A stretch of 32,000 nt of DNA from Trichodesmium erythraeum IMS101 (GTDB taxonomy: Bacteria; Cyanobacteriota; Cyanobacteriia; Cyanobacteriales; Microcoleaceae), in NCBI RefSeq assembly GCF_000014265.1, contig NC_008312.1, positions 3,240,001-3,272,000 of the forward strand, read 5' to 3'. Position 1 is the stretch's first letter. Each line of letters opens with the position of its first letter. Positions 1 to 8,683 of this stretch are shown here, piece by piece. Under the pieces are notes generated by a model that did not search any database, was not told where the DNA came from, and saw only the letters and a program-made list of their open reading frames with translations. The position numbers were made by a program, and so were the translations under genes.

Positions 1-1135
1 CAATTAGGTCAAAAAACTTAGTTAGTTCAGAAAGTTTATTTAGTTTAATTCCTACGGTTTTATTTAGCCCTAATTCATAATCATCTGTGTGATAAAAATC
101 TACCACATTACCTTGATTAGAGTTTAAATTTTCCCATTTTCTTTGCCAAGCTCCCCCTAAATCTTGAGCTGTATATTTTAACCTTTCAGCTAAACGAAAA
201 GTAACAATATATTGCTTACACATTTTTGCAGGACGGTTGAGCTTTGTTACCTCCAGCCAATCAAAATAAGAGTTACTTTCTATAAGCAAATTAGTATCTA
301 AAAATAACTCTATCCTCAAGTCTTTACTGCCAATTTTTTTCATTCTCTTATTGGATTCGTCTATCAGTTCTGTTAATTTTTTAGATAGATATTCCCGTTC
401 AATCAAGTCTTTTTCTTGAATATTACGGATTAATTGACTAGACCAAAACCAACTTTGTATTTGTAAAGAACTATAATTCTTTTTCTTAAGCTCAATCAAC
501 AAATAAGATTCTAGTAACTTGGGATTTTGGGTATCAGGTGAAGATTTTCTAAAATTTGGTGTTGCTGTTTCCTTAAACTCAGAATATCCAAAAAAATTAC
601 CGTATTCTTCTAGCCATTTATCTAGGGTTTTTTGTAGATTTGAATCAGAAACTTGTTGTTGAATTCCTACTACAAATGGAATAATAAGCCGATATTTTTT
701 TAGGGGAATAATACGATTTAGTTGAGTCAAAATATCATCAATATTCTTAACTGTTTTATCTGCCATTTCAGGGCGACATGATAAGTATATTTTTTCTAAT
801 TTTTCAAAAGATTGATTCTGTAAATACTCTCCCAAATCATTAATTGCTTTATCTTCTTTATTCCTAGAACCCGATAAGTTTGTCTGTTCTTGTCTGTCAG
901 TCTCAAACTCATTAAAAGCCTTAGGATTGATTTCTTGAATTTCATTTAGTAAATCATCTATTTTTTCGTGTTTATCAATATAATCAAATAAAATTCGGAA
1001 TCTTTGATTTTTACTTTGTCCATTTATAAATTGGCTATAAACATCATGAAAGCTATAAAAAACTAAATCTTCAAATTCGTCTGGTCCTAGAGCTTTGTTA
1101 ATTAAATTCCGAATAAGTTTAAGATCATATTTCAT
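1..1135 (-). CDS. Effector-associated (death-like) domain protein, C-terminus beyond the window edge; the body is possibly a VMAP-C-like module
   Basis: The minus-strand frame is open from the ATG at 1135-1133 to position 1. It is absent from the ORF track because no stop lies in the window. The first ~80 aa (MKYDLKLIRNLINKALGPDEFEDLVFYSFHDVYSQFINGQSKNQRFRILFDYIDKHEKIDDLLNEIQEINPKAFNEF) align position by position with the N-terminus of the adjacent 661-aa ORF. The remainder (..DLRIELFLDTNLL..DWLEV..IVTFRLAERL..GAWQRKWENL) resembles VMAP-C-type modules from memory only. Confidence 0.6.
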   Translation of the reverse strand, partial: MKYDLKLIRNLINKALGPDEFEDLVFYSFHDVYSQFINGQSKNQRFRILFDYIDKHEKIDDLLNEIQEINPKAFNEFETDRQEQTNLSGSRNKEDKAINDLGEYLQNQSFEKLEKIYLSCRPEMADKTVKNIDDILTQLNRIIPLKKYRLIIPFVVGIQQQVSDSNLQKTLDKWLEEYGNFFGYSEFKETATPNFRKSSPDTQNPKLLESYLLIELKKKNYSSLQIQSWFWSSQLIRNIQEKDLIEREYLSKKLTELIDESNKRMKKIGSKDLRIELFLDTNLLIESNSYFDWLEVTKLNRPAKMCKQYIVTFRLAERLKYTAQDLGGAWQRKWENLNSNQGNVVDFYHTDDYELGLNKTVGIKLNKLSELTKFFDLI

Positions 1136-1213
1136 TATAAACAAACAAATAAAAAAACAATGTAATAGACTAATTAATCACCAAACAAAATGATAACTAA
1201 TAACTAAAATATC

Positions 1214-3199
1214 TTACTGCCGCATAATCCAATAACCCCCCTCTTCCGACGGTTCTAACCGACCTCTTCGCTGCCCTGGGGAAGTATTATTAATTAATAA
1301 GTCCCGTATATCTTCAAGTACCAAACGAGCATCAGCAAAATAACCATGTCCTAATAAAGTTAAATCTATCTTAGAAACTTTTACCGTGTCTATTCCTTCT
1401 ACAACAGTAACAGGGGGGAAAAAACCAGCTCGGCCATGCTGATGAATAAGCGCTGAAGTTGCTAAGGCTTTGTCTTTTGATGATATGTATAATGTAGTTC
1501 GTTCTGCTAATTGATGATATCCTTTAGCTAACTCTTTAAACAAGTCAATATCTACATCTGGAGCGGCTAAAATAATTTGCCCAAAAGCAATATTAGTTAT
1601 TGTTTGAACTTGAGAAATAATTCTTTGGACTGCTCTGAGTAAACCTCGGTTTCCCATACTATGAGCAATAATATGAATTTTCTCAATGTCCGTTTTTTCG
1701 GCTAGGTTGAGTAAAAATTCTGTCATGTACTTTTCGCTGGCTTCAATACTTGCCTCGTCTACCGGATATGCTGATAATTTCCCTTGAGATGGCCAACTAT
1801 AAAAGGCTGTAATTCCTGGCACTTGCAGGTCAAACCCCATTTGTGCGGCTCTAATAGCTGCATCTTCAAAATTGACGTTGTATCCATGAACAAAGACTAA
1901 AGCAGACCTTTCATTTATTTCATGGTCTTTTAATTCTTCGTTGATATTTTCCCAAAATAGTTCTTTTTCCAGAATTTGCAAACTTTGAAAATGTAGTTTG
2001 AGGCGATCGTCTTTGAAAGTAATTAATCTTTTCCACAAAGGGGAACCTATAGAGCCTATTTTATGAGATTTAGGAACAGCTACTTGACAAATACCATAGT
2101 GAAGTTTGTCATCTCTTTTTCCGGAAAAACCTTTGGATATATTATTTGTATCTACAGGTTTTCTGTTGGTACCAAACCATAAAGGATATATAGTTGCTGT
2201 TGTTTCTTTAGTATCTTTTAAAATCAGAGATCTTTTGACTTTTACGGTTTCTTTTTTCTTTATTGCTTTCTTTGTTACGGCTTCTTTTGAAGTCAAATAA
2301 CCGTTGGTTTGATGACTTCTTAAACTGACAGTTTCTGACTCTAATAATGATGTATCAAAAGGAATAAAATGAGGAATTGGACTATCAGGTAATCTTAAGC
2401 GTTCAATTCCATTTATACCTAGTTGAAAAGCTTGATAATAGCTCCTTTGATATGCTAAACCTTGATAAAATTCTTCGGCAAATATCAAAGCAGAATCATC
2501 ACCAATCTCTTTTTTCATGCCAATAACACAACCTACCTGGTGAGCGACTGCATCAGCTTTTTTCAGAGAAAAACAGGCATTAAATACAACACATTCTATA
2601 GGTTTTCCATCTTTTCTAACAATAGATAATAATTCTGATAATGTTTCGAGGGATAAAACCTCTGCCTCACCTTGACGGTTGTTTAAAATTATTTCACCTT
2701 GAGAATTACCATGACCGCTAAAGTGAAGAATTCTAGGCTCATATTTCAGCAAATATTGAGATAAATCTTCTATAAAAGCATTTTCTTCTCCATAAACAAT
2801 ATAATTTTTTCCAAATTCTGTCTGCTGTAGTTTTTCCCTAATTAATTCAGTTTCTTTTTTTAATTGTAGTGGCTGTGTAGTTGTAGGGTTTGCTGCTAAA
2901 ACCAAAACATCACATTTTTCAATTGGAGGCGGAGGGGGATTTTCTCCTAATTTTGACTCATACTCTTGATAAACTTTTGGATTAATATTTTTAATGCCTT
3001 CAAGTAACCGCTCAATTTCTCTATGTTTGTCAGCATATTCAATTAAAATTCTGACTCTTTGCTTTTTATTTTGTCCATTTGTAAATTGGTTATAAACATC
3101 AGGAAAATAATCATAAACTAAGTCGTTAAATTCTTCTTCGGGTAGATCTTGATTAAGTAATTCCCGAATGACTTTTCTGAGTCTGAAATTATATAACAT
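1214..3199 (-). CDS. Three-module effector protein: N-terminal effector-associated domain, CHAT (caspase-fold) protease, and C-terminal DUF900-type alpha/beta hydrolase
   Basis: 661-aa ORF. Residues 1-85 form the EAD-like helical domain, followed by a PPPPP linker. The CHAT dyad context is ILHFSGHG (His163, nt 2711-2713) and VVFNAC (Cys209). The C-terminal half has VFVHGYN, the nucleophile elbow AHSMG (Ser514), AAPDVD and LLGHGY, which is typical of the DUF900 esterase/lipase family. Confidence 0.85.
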   Translation of the reverse strand: MLYNFRLRKVIRELLNQDLPEEEFNDLVYDYFPDVYNQFTNGQNKKQRVRILIEYADKHREIERLLEGIKNINPKVYQEYESKLGENPPPPPIEKCDVLVLAANPTTTQPLQLKKETELIREKLQQTEFGKNYIVYGEENAFIEDLSQYLLKYEPRILHFSGHGNSQGEIILNNRQGEAEVLSLETLSELLSIVRKDGKPIECVVFNACFSLKKADAVAHQVGCVIGMKKEIGDDSALIFAEEFYQGLAYQRSYYQAFQLGINGIERLRLPDSPIPHFIPFDTSLLESETVSLRSHQTNGYLTSKEAVTKKAIKKKETVKVKRSLILKDTKETTATIYPLWFGTNRKPVDTNNISKGFSGKRDDKLHYGICQVAVPKSHKIGSIGSPLWKRLITFKDDRLKLHFQSLQILEKELFWENINEELKDHEINERSALVFVHGYNVNFEDAAIRAAQMGFDLQVPGITAFYSWPSQGKLSAYPVDEASIEASEKYMTEFLLNLAEKTDIEKIHIIAHSMGNRGLLRAVQRIISQVQTITNIAFGQIILAAPDVDIDLFKELAKGYHQLAERTTLYISSKDKALATSALIHQHGRAGFFPPVTVVEGIDTVKVSKIDLTLLGHGYFADARLVLEDIRDLLINNTSPGQRRGRLEPSEEGGYWIMRQ

Positions 3200-3420
3200 A
3201 CGCTTTTTAAGTATTAATTATTAGGTGAACTCCGACGGCTTCTGGAAAACTAGACAAAGCTAGAAATTTGCTGTCGGTCATGGGCAACTGCAAATCAGTA
3301 AATCTCTTTAATTAGAATTATATTCTATCAATAAATGACTTATTCAAGACTTGCCTAAAGATATTCCATGAATAGGAAGGCTGTCACCAGGGGCAAATGA
3401 TGTACAAGGTAAATGGTGAA

Positions 3421-3439
3421 AATTATGTAGTGCGGGCAT
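3421..3439. repeat. Copy of a short dispersed repeat (aattatgtagtgcgggcat), degenerate palindrome version
   Basis: The 19 nt are identical to 23255-23273. The second copy continues into a perfect 8-bp-stem palindrome. This copy has a decayed right arm (tgcgggcattttctcccg). Confidence 0.6.
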
Positions 3440-3603
3440 TTTCTCCCGGTGAGGGTGGCTTTTGGTAAACTACGCTTTTACAACCAAAGCTTTGTCGAGA
3501 GGTTCGATGCAAAGTTCCTATATGCAAGGTCTCTGCTGTGGTGGACGGAGATGAAAAATGCTGGTGTTTTTCTTCGAGGCTAGTTTTTTTCTTCTAACTC
3601 ATA

Positions 3604-3631
3604 GCTGAGTGCTGACTGCTGAGTGCTCACA
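3604..3631. repeat. Heptamer tandem repeat (STRR-like): gctgagt gctgact gctgagt gctcaca
   Basis: Four consecutive 7-nt units are read directly from the sequence. Short tandemly repeated heptamers are a known feature of filamentous cyanobacterial intergenic DNA. Confidence 0.6.
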
Positions 3632-3793
3632 GTCCCTGTACCTATTTCCTGTGACTAAGGTCTAAGTATTTAGGGGGATGTGATATCAGTTGAGAGCATC
3701 AATAAGTTTAAACTTGACATCATACTCCACGTTACATTACAAAAATTACTGCTTCATTGCTTTCAGCGTAATACATTGTAGTATTGCATGATG

Positions 3794-3822
3794 GCAAAAA
3801 ATTTCGACTCGCCAAAGGCGAG
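3794..3822 (-). terminator. Putative intrinsic terminator of the orthocaspase gene
   Basis: On the minus strand a GC-rich 6-bp stem (ctcgcc ttt ggcgag, 3808-3822) is followed by tcgaaatttttt. It lies ~35 nt downstream of the stop and after a gggcaaaa tandem octamer (3831-3857). Confidence 0.4.
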
Positions 3823-3856
3823 GCTAAATAGGGCAAAAGGGCAAAAGAGCAAAGGG

Positions 3857-5767
3857 CTATTCAGGAGTCCTGGGGGGGAAACTCACAAGACGAAAACCAA
3901 AATTGGAGCTGACCACCACGACCGAGACATAGTAGCCGCGGCTCGCAGAGCGACACCACCCAGGATAGTTGAGCCAGGAGCCGCCACGAAGCACTCTACC
4001 GCTACTATCGCCTCCATTTACCCAAGCACTTCCATCAACAGGTGCTCCATCATAATTACTATGCACAACATCCTGACACCACTCCCAGACATTCCCATGC
4101 ATGTCATATAGACCAAAAGCATTAGGTGGAAACTCACCTACAGGAGTTGTTTGTTCTCTATATTCTCCTTTTGGTTCATCAGCATAAGTCTCTGAAGCTC
4201 TATAATTAGCTAATTCTCCTGTGATAGTTTCTCCAAAATAAAAAGGTGTAGTTGTCCCAGCACGACAGGCATATTCCCATTCTGCTTCACTCGGTAGTCT
4301 ATAGTCTCTTCCTGTTTTCTTAGAGAGCTTTTGACAAAATTCTGTAGCGTTATTCCAACTTACTCTTTCCACAGGGCGATTTTTTCCTTTAAATTTCGAA
4401 GGATCATTTCCCATTATTGCTTGCCACTGTTGTTGAGTAACGACATACTTTCCCATCCAAAATTCTGGCACATCTACATGATGTTGCGGACCTTCATTAT
4501 CACTTCTCTGTGCTTCCGTCTCTGGAGACCCCATCAGAAAACTACCACCGGGTATTTTTACCATTTCCAGAGTAACTCCATTACCTAAATTTTCTATCAT
4601 TACTTCTGCTTCACCTTCAGAGCGGCTTATTATTTCTCCTTTCCTGTTAACTTTAGGAGTCGCAAATGTATGAATAGTAATTTTTGGCTGTGACTTTGTT
4701 TTTATTTGTGAGTTTGGTTCTAACTTCCGTTGTGACTGTAGTGAAGTTTGAATATTTGAACCTTCTAATACTTCTGTTGATCTTGGTTGTTGAGTTTCTG
4801 AAACCGGTAAATTCTGAAAATAACCTAGATCTAACTGTGGGGTGGAAACCAACTGAGATCTAAACCGATCAACAGCAATTTTCTGCAGAGCCTTAACTGC
4901 TTCAAGATCCAAACCTACCTCTAAAACTCTTATCCATAGTTGTTCTGCCCAATTAAAATCTCCATTTGTTTGAGCTCTGTAAGCGTCAATTTTCAGAGTA
5001 GAAACATCAGTTTTTGTTGCATACTTCGGCATTAAAATTAAATGAGACTTTTCAATAGGGTCAGCAATAATACGAGGGGTCTGTCGTTTTCCTTCCTTTT
5101 GAGCTAGCTCTTGCACCCGATACTTCAGATATTCATTCAGTCTTTCTGCAGTTGCTTTTTGACCCTTACTACCTAACCCCTCTAATAACGCATAAGTAAA
5201 AACTCCCTGTTGCAACTCTTCTAATTCCCAAGAACGTTCATTTGGACTACAAGAAAAAATAGTTACTATCCCCTTTTCACGAGCTTCTTGTTCTGTTTGC
5301 CTTCCTAGTCCTTCTCCCCCTTTTCCCCCATCACTTTTGTTTCTACAAGCATCCAATATTAGAACTATATTATCTGCTCCAGATTTTTGCAGTTGTTGAA
5401 TAATATAGTCAACAGAAATTCCACTTCTTTCAACATTTGAATGACCATCAATAGGAATTAAATAATCAATATTATTATTCTCTCTATGACCATGGCCGCT
5501 AAAAAAAAACCAAAGGTTATCACCAGTTTTCAGAGATAGTTTTTTAACTTCATCTTCTAACACCAATTCTAAGCGGGAACGAGTTGGGCGAGTTGAAGCA
5601 CCATTAATTTTTGGAGAATTATCTGACAAGTAAAAAACGTCATCAAAATCTGCTTCGTCGAGCAAAAAATCCCTCATTTTTTTAGCGTCATTAGCTGCAT
5701 ATTTTAGAGGAGTCAAAAACTCATATTCCTGAACTCCTATAGTAATTGCTATATTTTGATTGGTCAT
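3857..5767 (-). CDS. Orthocaspase (peptidase C14) fused to a C-terminal FGE-sulfatase / C-type-lectin-fold domain
   Basis: 636-aa ORF. The caspase dyad context is WFFFSGHGH (His92) and LILDACRN (Cys141). The C-terminal ~270 aa carry FGE-family motifs (IPGGSFLMGSP, VDVPEFWMGKYVVTQQQW, RLPSEAEWEYACRAGT, GLYDMHGNVWEWC, RVLRGGSW, GFRLV). Confidence 0.9.
   Translation of the reverse strand: MTNQNIAITIGVQEYEFLTPLKYAANDAKKMRDFLLDEADFDDVFYLSDNSPKINGASTRPTRSRLELVLEDEVKKLSLKTGDNLWFFFSGHGHRENNNIDYLIPIDGHSNVERSGISVDYIIQQLQKSGADNIVLILDACRNKSDGGKGGEGLGRQTEQEAREKGIVTIFSCSPNERSWELEELQQGVFTYALLEGLGSKGQKATAERLNEYLKYRVQELAQKEGKRQTPRIIADPIEKSHLILMPKYATKTDVSTLKIDAYRAQTNGDFNWAEQLWIRVLEVGLDLEAVKALQKIAVDRFRSQLVSTPQLDLGYFQNLPVSETQQPRSTEVLEGSNIQTSLQSQRKLEPNSQIKTKSQPKITIHTFATPKVNRKGEIISRSEGEAEVMIENLGNGVTLEMVKIPGGSFLMGSPETEAQRSDNEGPQHHVDVPEFWMGKYVVTQQQWQAIMGNDPSKFKGKNRPVERVSWNNATEFCQKLSKKTGRDYRLPSEAEWEYACRAGTTTPFYFGETITGELANYRASETYADEPKGEYREQTTPVGEFPPNAFGLYDMHGNVWEWCQDVVHSNYDGAPVDGSAWVNGGDSSGRVLRGGSWLNYPGWCRSASRGYYVSVVVVSSNFGFRLVSFPPRTPE
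3899..3994 (-). other. Candidate DGR variable region (VR) at the 3' end of the orthocaspase-FGE gene
   Basis: The stretch is abruptly GC-rich and adenine-poor on the coding strand. It encodes VLRGGSWLNYPGWCRSASRGYYVSVVVVSSNFGF and is dominated by NNC/NNT codons (CTC AAC TAT AGC GGC TAC TAT GTC GTC GTC AGC TCC AAT). These sit between the invariant scaffold residues GGSW, CRSA.R and GFR. No template repeat or DGR RT is present in this window. Confidence 0.4.
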
Positions 5768-6520
5768 CGTTTCTCTGCTGTGATTTAAATTTCAACTTAG
5801 TAGCACTTTTTCCTGACAGATAATTCTGTTGAACCAGGTTAGCGATCGCTAACTCAGGTTTAACTTAAAATCAGCGATCGTACAAATTAGAAAATAAAAA
5901 TAGATTTTACTATTAATTTTATATACAAACAACCCTGTTAGATATGACATTAATAAATTATAGTAATATATTTTAAAATATTGAGTCAGGTTAACTCTAT
6001 CAATTATTTTTTTGAGAAACACAAATAACCATAATTTAATTCAAGAAAGTTGAGACTAAAAGCAATTTGAATAAATAAAAATAATTGAGTAACTCCTGAA
6101 ATTGTGCAGTTTTGTTTAATAAGTAAACTACATTTAGGATTTTTTCAGCAAAACCAGACTAACCTTGGACAAAAAGTCAGTAAATAAACTAATTTTGATC
6201 ATTCTAATATTGTAGCGGCCTCTGAAAATAGATAAGAACATAGATTAGAGTCCGGTCCAAATTATCCTTATAAACCTTTAACTAACAGAGCATTACCACC
6301 TACTTATTTATTAAGTTTTGTAAATTTAGTATTTTAGTAGTTTAGTGGTTTAGTGGTAAACAGCAAAATATAGAAAATGATAGAAACCAAAAATTATTAA
6401 GATTTAAGAAGCCAAAATCAACAGAATTAGTATTCAGATATAGTCTACTTGTTAAATTTTCAACCTGATACCTAACATCTGACATCTAAAACATGACATA
6501 TAACGCATTAGACCTCAAAC

Positions 6521-6625
6521 CTAACAGCTAAAACGGAAGAAAACCTAAAACTTAACACCTAAAACGGAAGAAAACCTAAAACGGAAGAAAACCTAAAACC
6601 ATAATAAAATCTAAAACCTAACACC
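6521..6625. repeat. Tandem/interspersed repeat block built on ctaaaac, including three copies of the 17-mer ctaaaacggaagaaaac
   Basis: The 17-mer occurs at 6528-6544, 6559-6575 and 6576-6592. Extra ctaaaac units occur at 6545-6551, 6593-6599 and 6611-6617. The block ends ~45 nt upstream of the mtnA start. Confidence 0.75.
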
Positions 6626-6668
6626 AGGGTGATATATTGTATTTACGTTCATCAAAAAACCATGGAAA

Positions 6669-7730
6669 ATGATATATAAATTCAGAAAAGTAAACCCCAT
6701 TACTTGGAAAAATGACCATGTTGTATTAATTGATCAAACTTGCTTACCAGAAGAATATAAAACAGTCGAAATTAGCAGCTATGAAGAAATGGCAGTAGCT
6801 ATCAAAACAATGATAGTTCGTGGAGCACCAGCCATCGGTGTATCAGTAGCTTATGGAATGTATTTAGGAGCAAGAGAAACTGTCACAAATGATAGAAATG
6901 AATTCTTAAAACAGCTAGAAGAAATAGCTGTAATTTTCCGAAGAACTCGCCCAACTGCTGTTAATTTATTTTGGGCAATAGAGCGAATATTAAAAGTAGC
7001 AAATAAAACTAATGGAACTGTAAAAGAAATTCAAGAAGCGGTATTAGAAACTGCTAAAAAAATTCATCAAGAAGACTTAGAAACCTGTAAAAATATAGGC
7101 GATCGCGCAGTTGAAATTTTACCAACTAAACCCGAAAAATTGAACATATTAACCCACTGTAATGCAGGAGCTTTAGCAACAGCAGGCTATGGTACAGCAT
7201 TAGGAGTTATTCGTTCCGCCTGGCGAGATGGAAGGTTAGGCAAAGTCTACGCTGATGAAACTCGTCCCCGTCTCCAAGGAGCAAAACTTACCACCTGGGA
7301 ATGTGTCCAAGAAAACATACCCGTCACCCTAATTAGCGATAACATGGCAGCCCACTGTATGAAACAAGGCTTAATTCATGCTGTAGTAGTAGGAGCTGAC
7401 AGAATAGCAGCAAATGGAGACACTGCCAATAAAATTGGTACTTATAGCCTAGCTATTGTCTCTCAAGCACATAATATTCCCTTGTATGTAGCTGCACCCC
7501 TATCAACTATAGACTTTAAAATCTCTGATGGTAGTGAAATACCCATAGAAGAAAGGGATACAAAAGAAATATATCAAGTAGGAGAAACACGCATTTGTCC
7601 AAAACAAGTAGAATTTTATAACCCGGCATTTGATGTTACACCTGCAGAACTAATTACAGGAATAATGACAGAACATGGTACAGTTCTCCCAGGAGAACTA
7701 GAACAATTTCGGGTCAAGCAGTTAGTTTAA
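6669..7730 (+). CDS. mtnA: S-methyl-5-thioribose-1-phosphate isomerase (methionine salvage)
   Basis: 353-aa ORF with the eIF-2B alpha/beta/delta-like MtnA signature: [75 protein letters not shown]. Confidence 0.9.
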   Translation: MIYKFRKVNPITWKNDHVVLIDQTCLPEEYKTVEISSYEEMAVAIKTMIVRGAPAIGVSVAYGMYLGARETVTNDRNEFLKQLEEIAVIFRRTRPTAVNLFWAIERILKVANKTNGTVKEIQEAVLETAKKIHQEDLETCKNIGDRAVEILPTKPEKLNILTHCNAGALATAGYGTALGVIRSAWRDGRLGKVYADETRPRLQGAKLTTWECVQENIPVTLISDNMAAHCMKQGLIHAVVVGADRIAANGDTANKIGTYSLAIVSQAHNIPLYVAAPLSTIDFKISDGSEIPIEERDTKEIYQVGETRICPKQVEFYNPAFDVTPAELITGIMTEHGTVLPGELEQFRVKQLV

Positions 7731-7777
7731 TTTAATAAAAACATTAACTAACAACTGAAGCGGCCAGGGAAACAACC

Positions 7778-8380
7778 TTAACCAACAGTTGGAGCCATAT
7801 CTATCTCAACTAACCCTTCTAATTCTGTAACTAAACGATCTAACTCTACTACCATCGGAGTAGAGCCAGCCTGATGAAATGCAGTCACAAGAGATCGATA
7901 ATACCAGAGCGTACCTTCTTTACCACCCTTAAATATATTCCAAAGTACATCACCTTGGGTCCGATAGTCTTTTAAAATAGACCTCACATTATGTAGTTTA
8001 TCTGCTAAAGAAACCAAGCGTACTGAAGGTGAAGCATTAGCAAGACGAGCAATATAAGCTTTTTTACGTTCTGCCCAAGGAGGTTTAGGAGTAATATCCG
8101 TTTCAGTGCAACCATCCACTATTTCAGTCACTCTCTCCCCAAAACGTGCTCTAATTTCTCCACGAACAGTTTCCCCACCTTGATCTTCTATAGCATCGTG
8201 GAGCAATGCTGCTATAGCTTCATCTTCATCAGCGCCATACTCGAGGGCAATGCTAGCCACCCCCAAAAGGTGAGAAATATAAGGAACCTTACTTCCTTTG
8301 CGAACTTGATCAGCGTGTAACTCCGCGGCGTATACTAAAGCTTGTGTAAAATGGAGCGAAAGCATCATTTTTTTAGTCAA
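7778..8380 (-). CDS. HD-domain phosphohydrolase, RelA/SpoT-type (small alarmone hydrolase-like)
   Basis: 200-aa ORF with ELHADQVRKGSKVPYISHLLGVASI and AALLHDAIED, the H..HD..D metal-binding pattern of the HD_4 family. There is no synthetase domain. Confidence 0.75.
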   Translation of the reverse strand: MTKKMMLSLHFTQALVYAAELHADQVRKGSKVPYISHLLGVASIALEYGADEDEAIAALLHDAIEDQGGETVRGEIRARFGERVTEIVDGCTETDITPKPPWAERKKAYIARLANASPSVRLVSLADKLHNVRSILKDYRTQGDVLWNIFKGGKEGTLWYYRSLVTAFHQAGSTPMVVELDRLVTELEGLVEIDMAPTVG

Positions 8381-8487
8381 AAGTTAAAAAAAATTACAAT
8401 ATAGAGCAAAAATCAATCTGTCACTTTTTAGTGCAACAATAATAGATTATTTTGCCCTTGTATTCAACTCAAACTGAGAATAATTTT

Positions 8488-8683
8488 ATGGATAAATTTC
8501 AAGTAGCAGTTATTGCTAAAACAGCAGATCCTCAACAGGTAATTTATGCAGCTTTACATCAAGATTATAGTGAAGGATTTGTATTTGATCAAAAAAATAT
8601 TTGGCCTTCAGAAACCAAATGTGGGGAAATTCTTGTTAAACGACTTTTAGTAGGCGATCGCGGACATTATGGATGTCTTGAAC
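8488..8683 (+). CDS. thyX: Flavin-dependent thymidylate synthase ThyX, exon 1
   Basis: Runs from the ATG at 8488 (MDKFQVAVIAKTADPQQVIYAALHQDYSE..GDRGHYGCLE) to the group II 5' splice site. The track ORF 8452..8709 reads through into the intron and uses an upstream TTG start. Confidence 0.8.

Noticed and set aside
2106-2300. 64-aa plus-strand ORF inside the CHAT/hydrolase gene
   Set aside because: It is fully antisense to a well-supported 661-aa CDS, has low-complexity hydrophobic content, and shows no recognisable motif.
3440-3530. tRNA-like T-loop string (ggttcgat) and a nearby imperfect hairpin (gcttttggt...accaaagc)
   Set aside because: I could not build an acceptor stem, D-arm or anticodon arm around it, so there is no cloverleaf.
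3788-4588. Plus-strand ORFs 3788-4111 (107 aa) and 4331-4588 (85 aa)
   Set aside because: Both are antisense to the orthocaspase-FGE gene. The first is kept open by the GC-rich, stop-poor candidate VR segment. There are no motifs.
6319-6625. Possible CRISPR array, given the tandem repeats upstream of mtnA
   Set aside because: The units are 7-17 nt with no unique spacers of ~30 nt, no palindromic 25-40-nt repeat and no cas genes. It is a simple tandem repeat.
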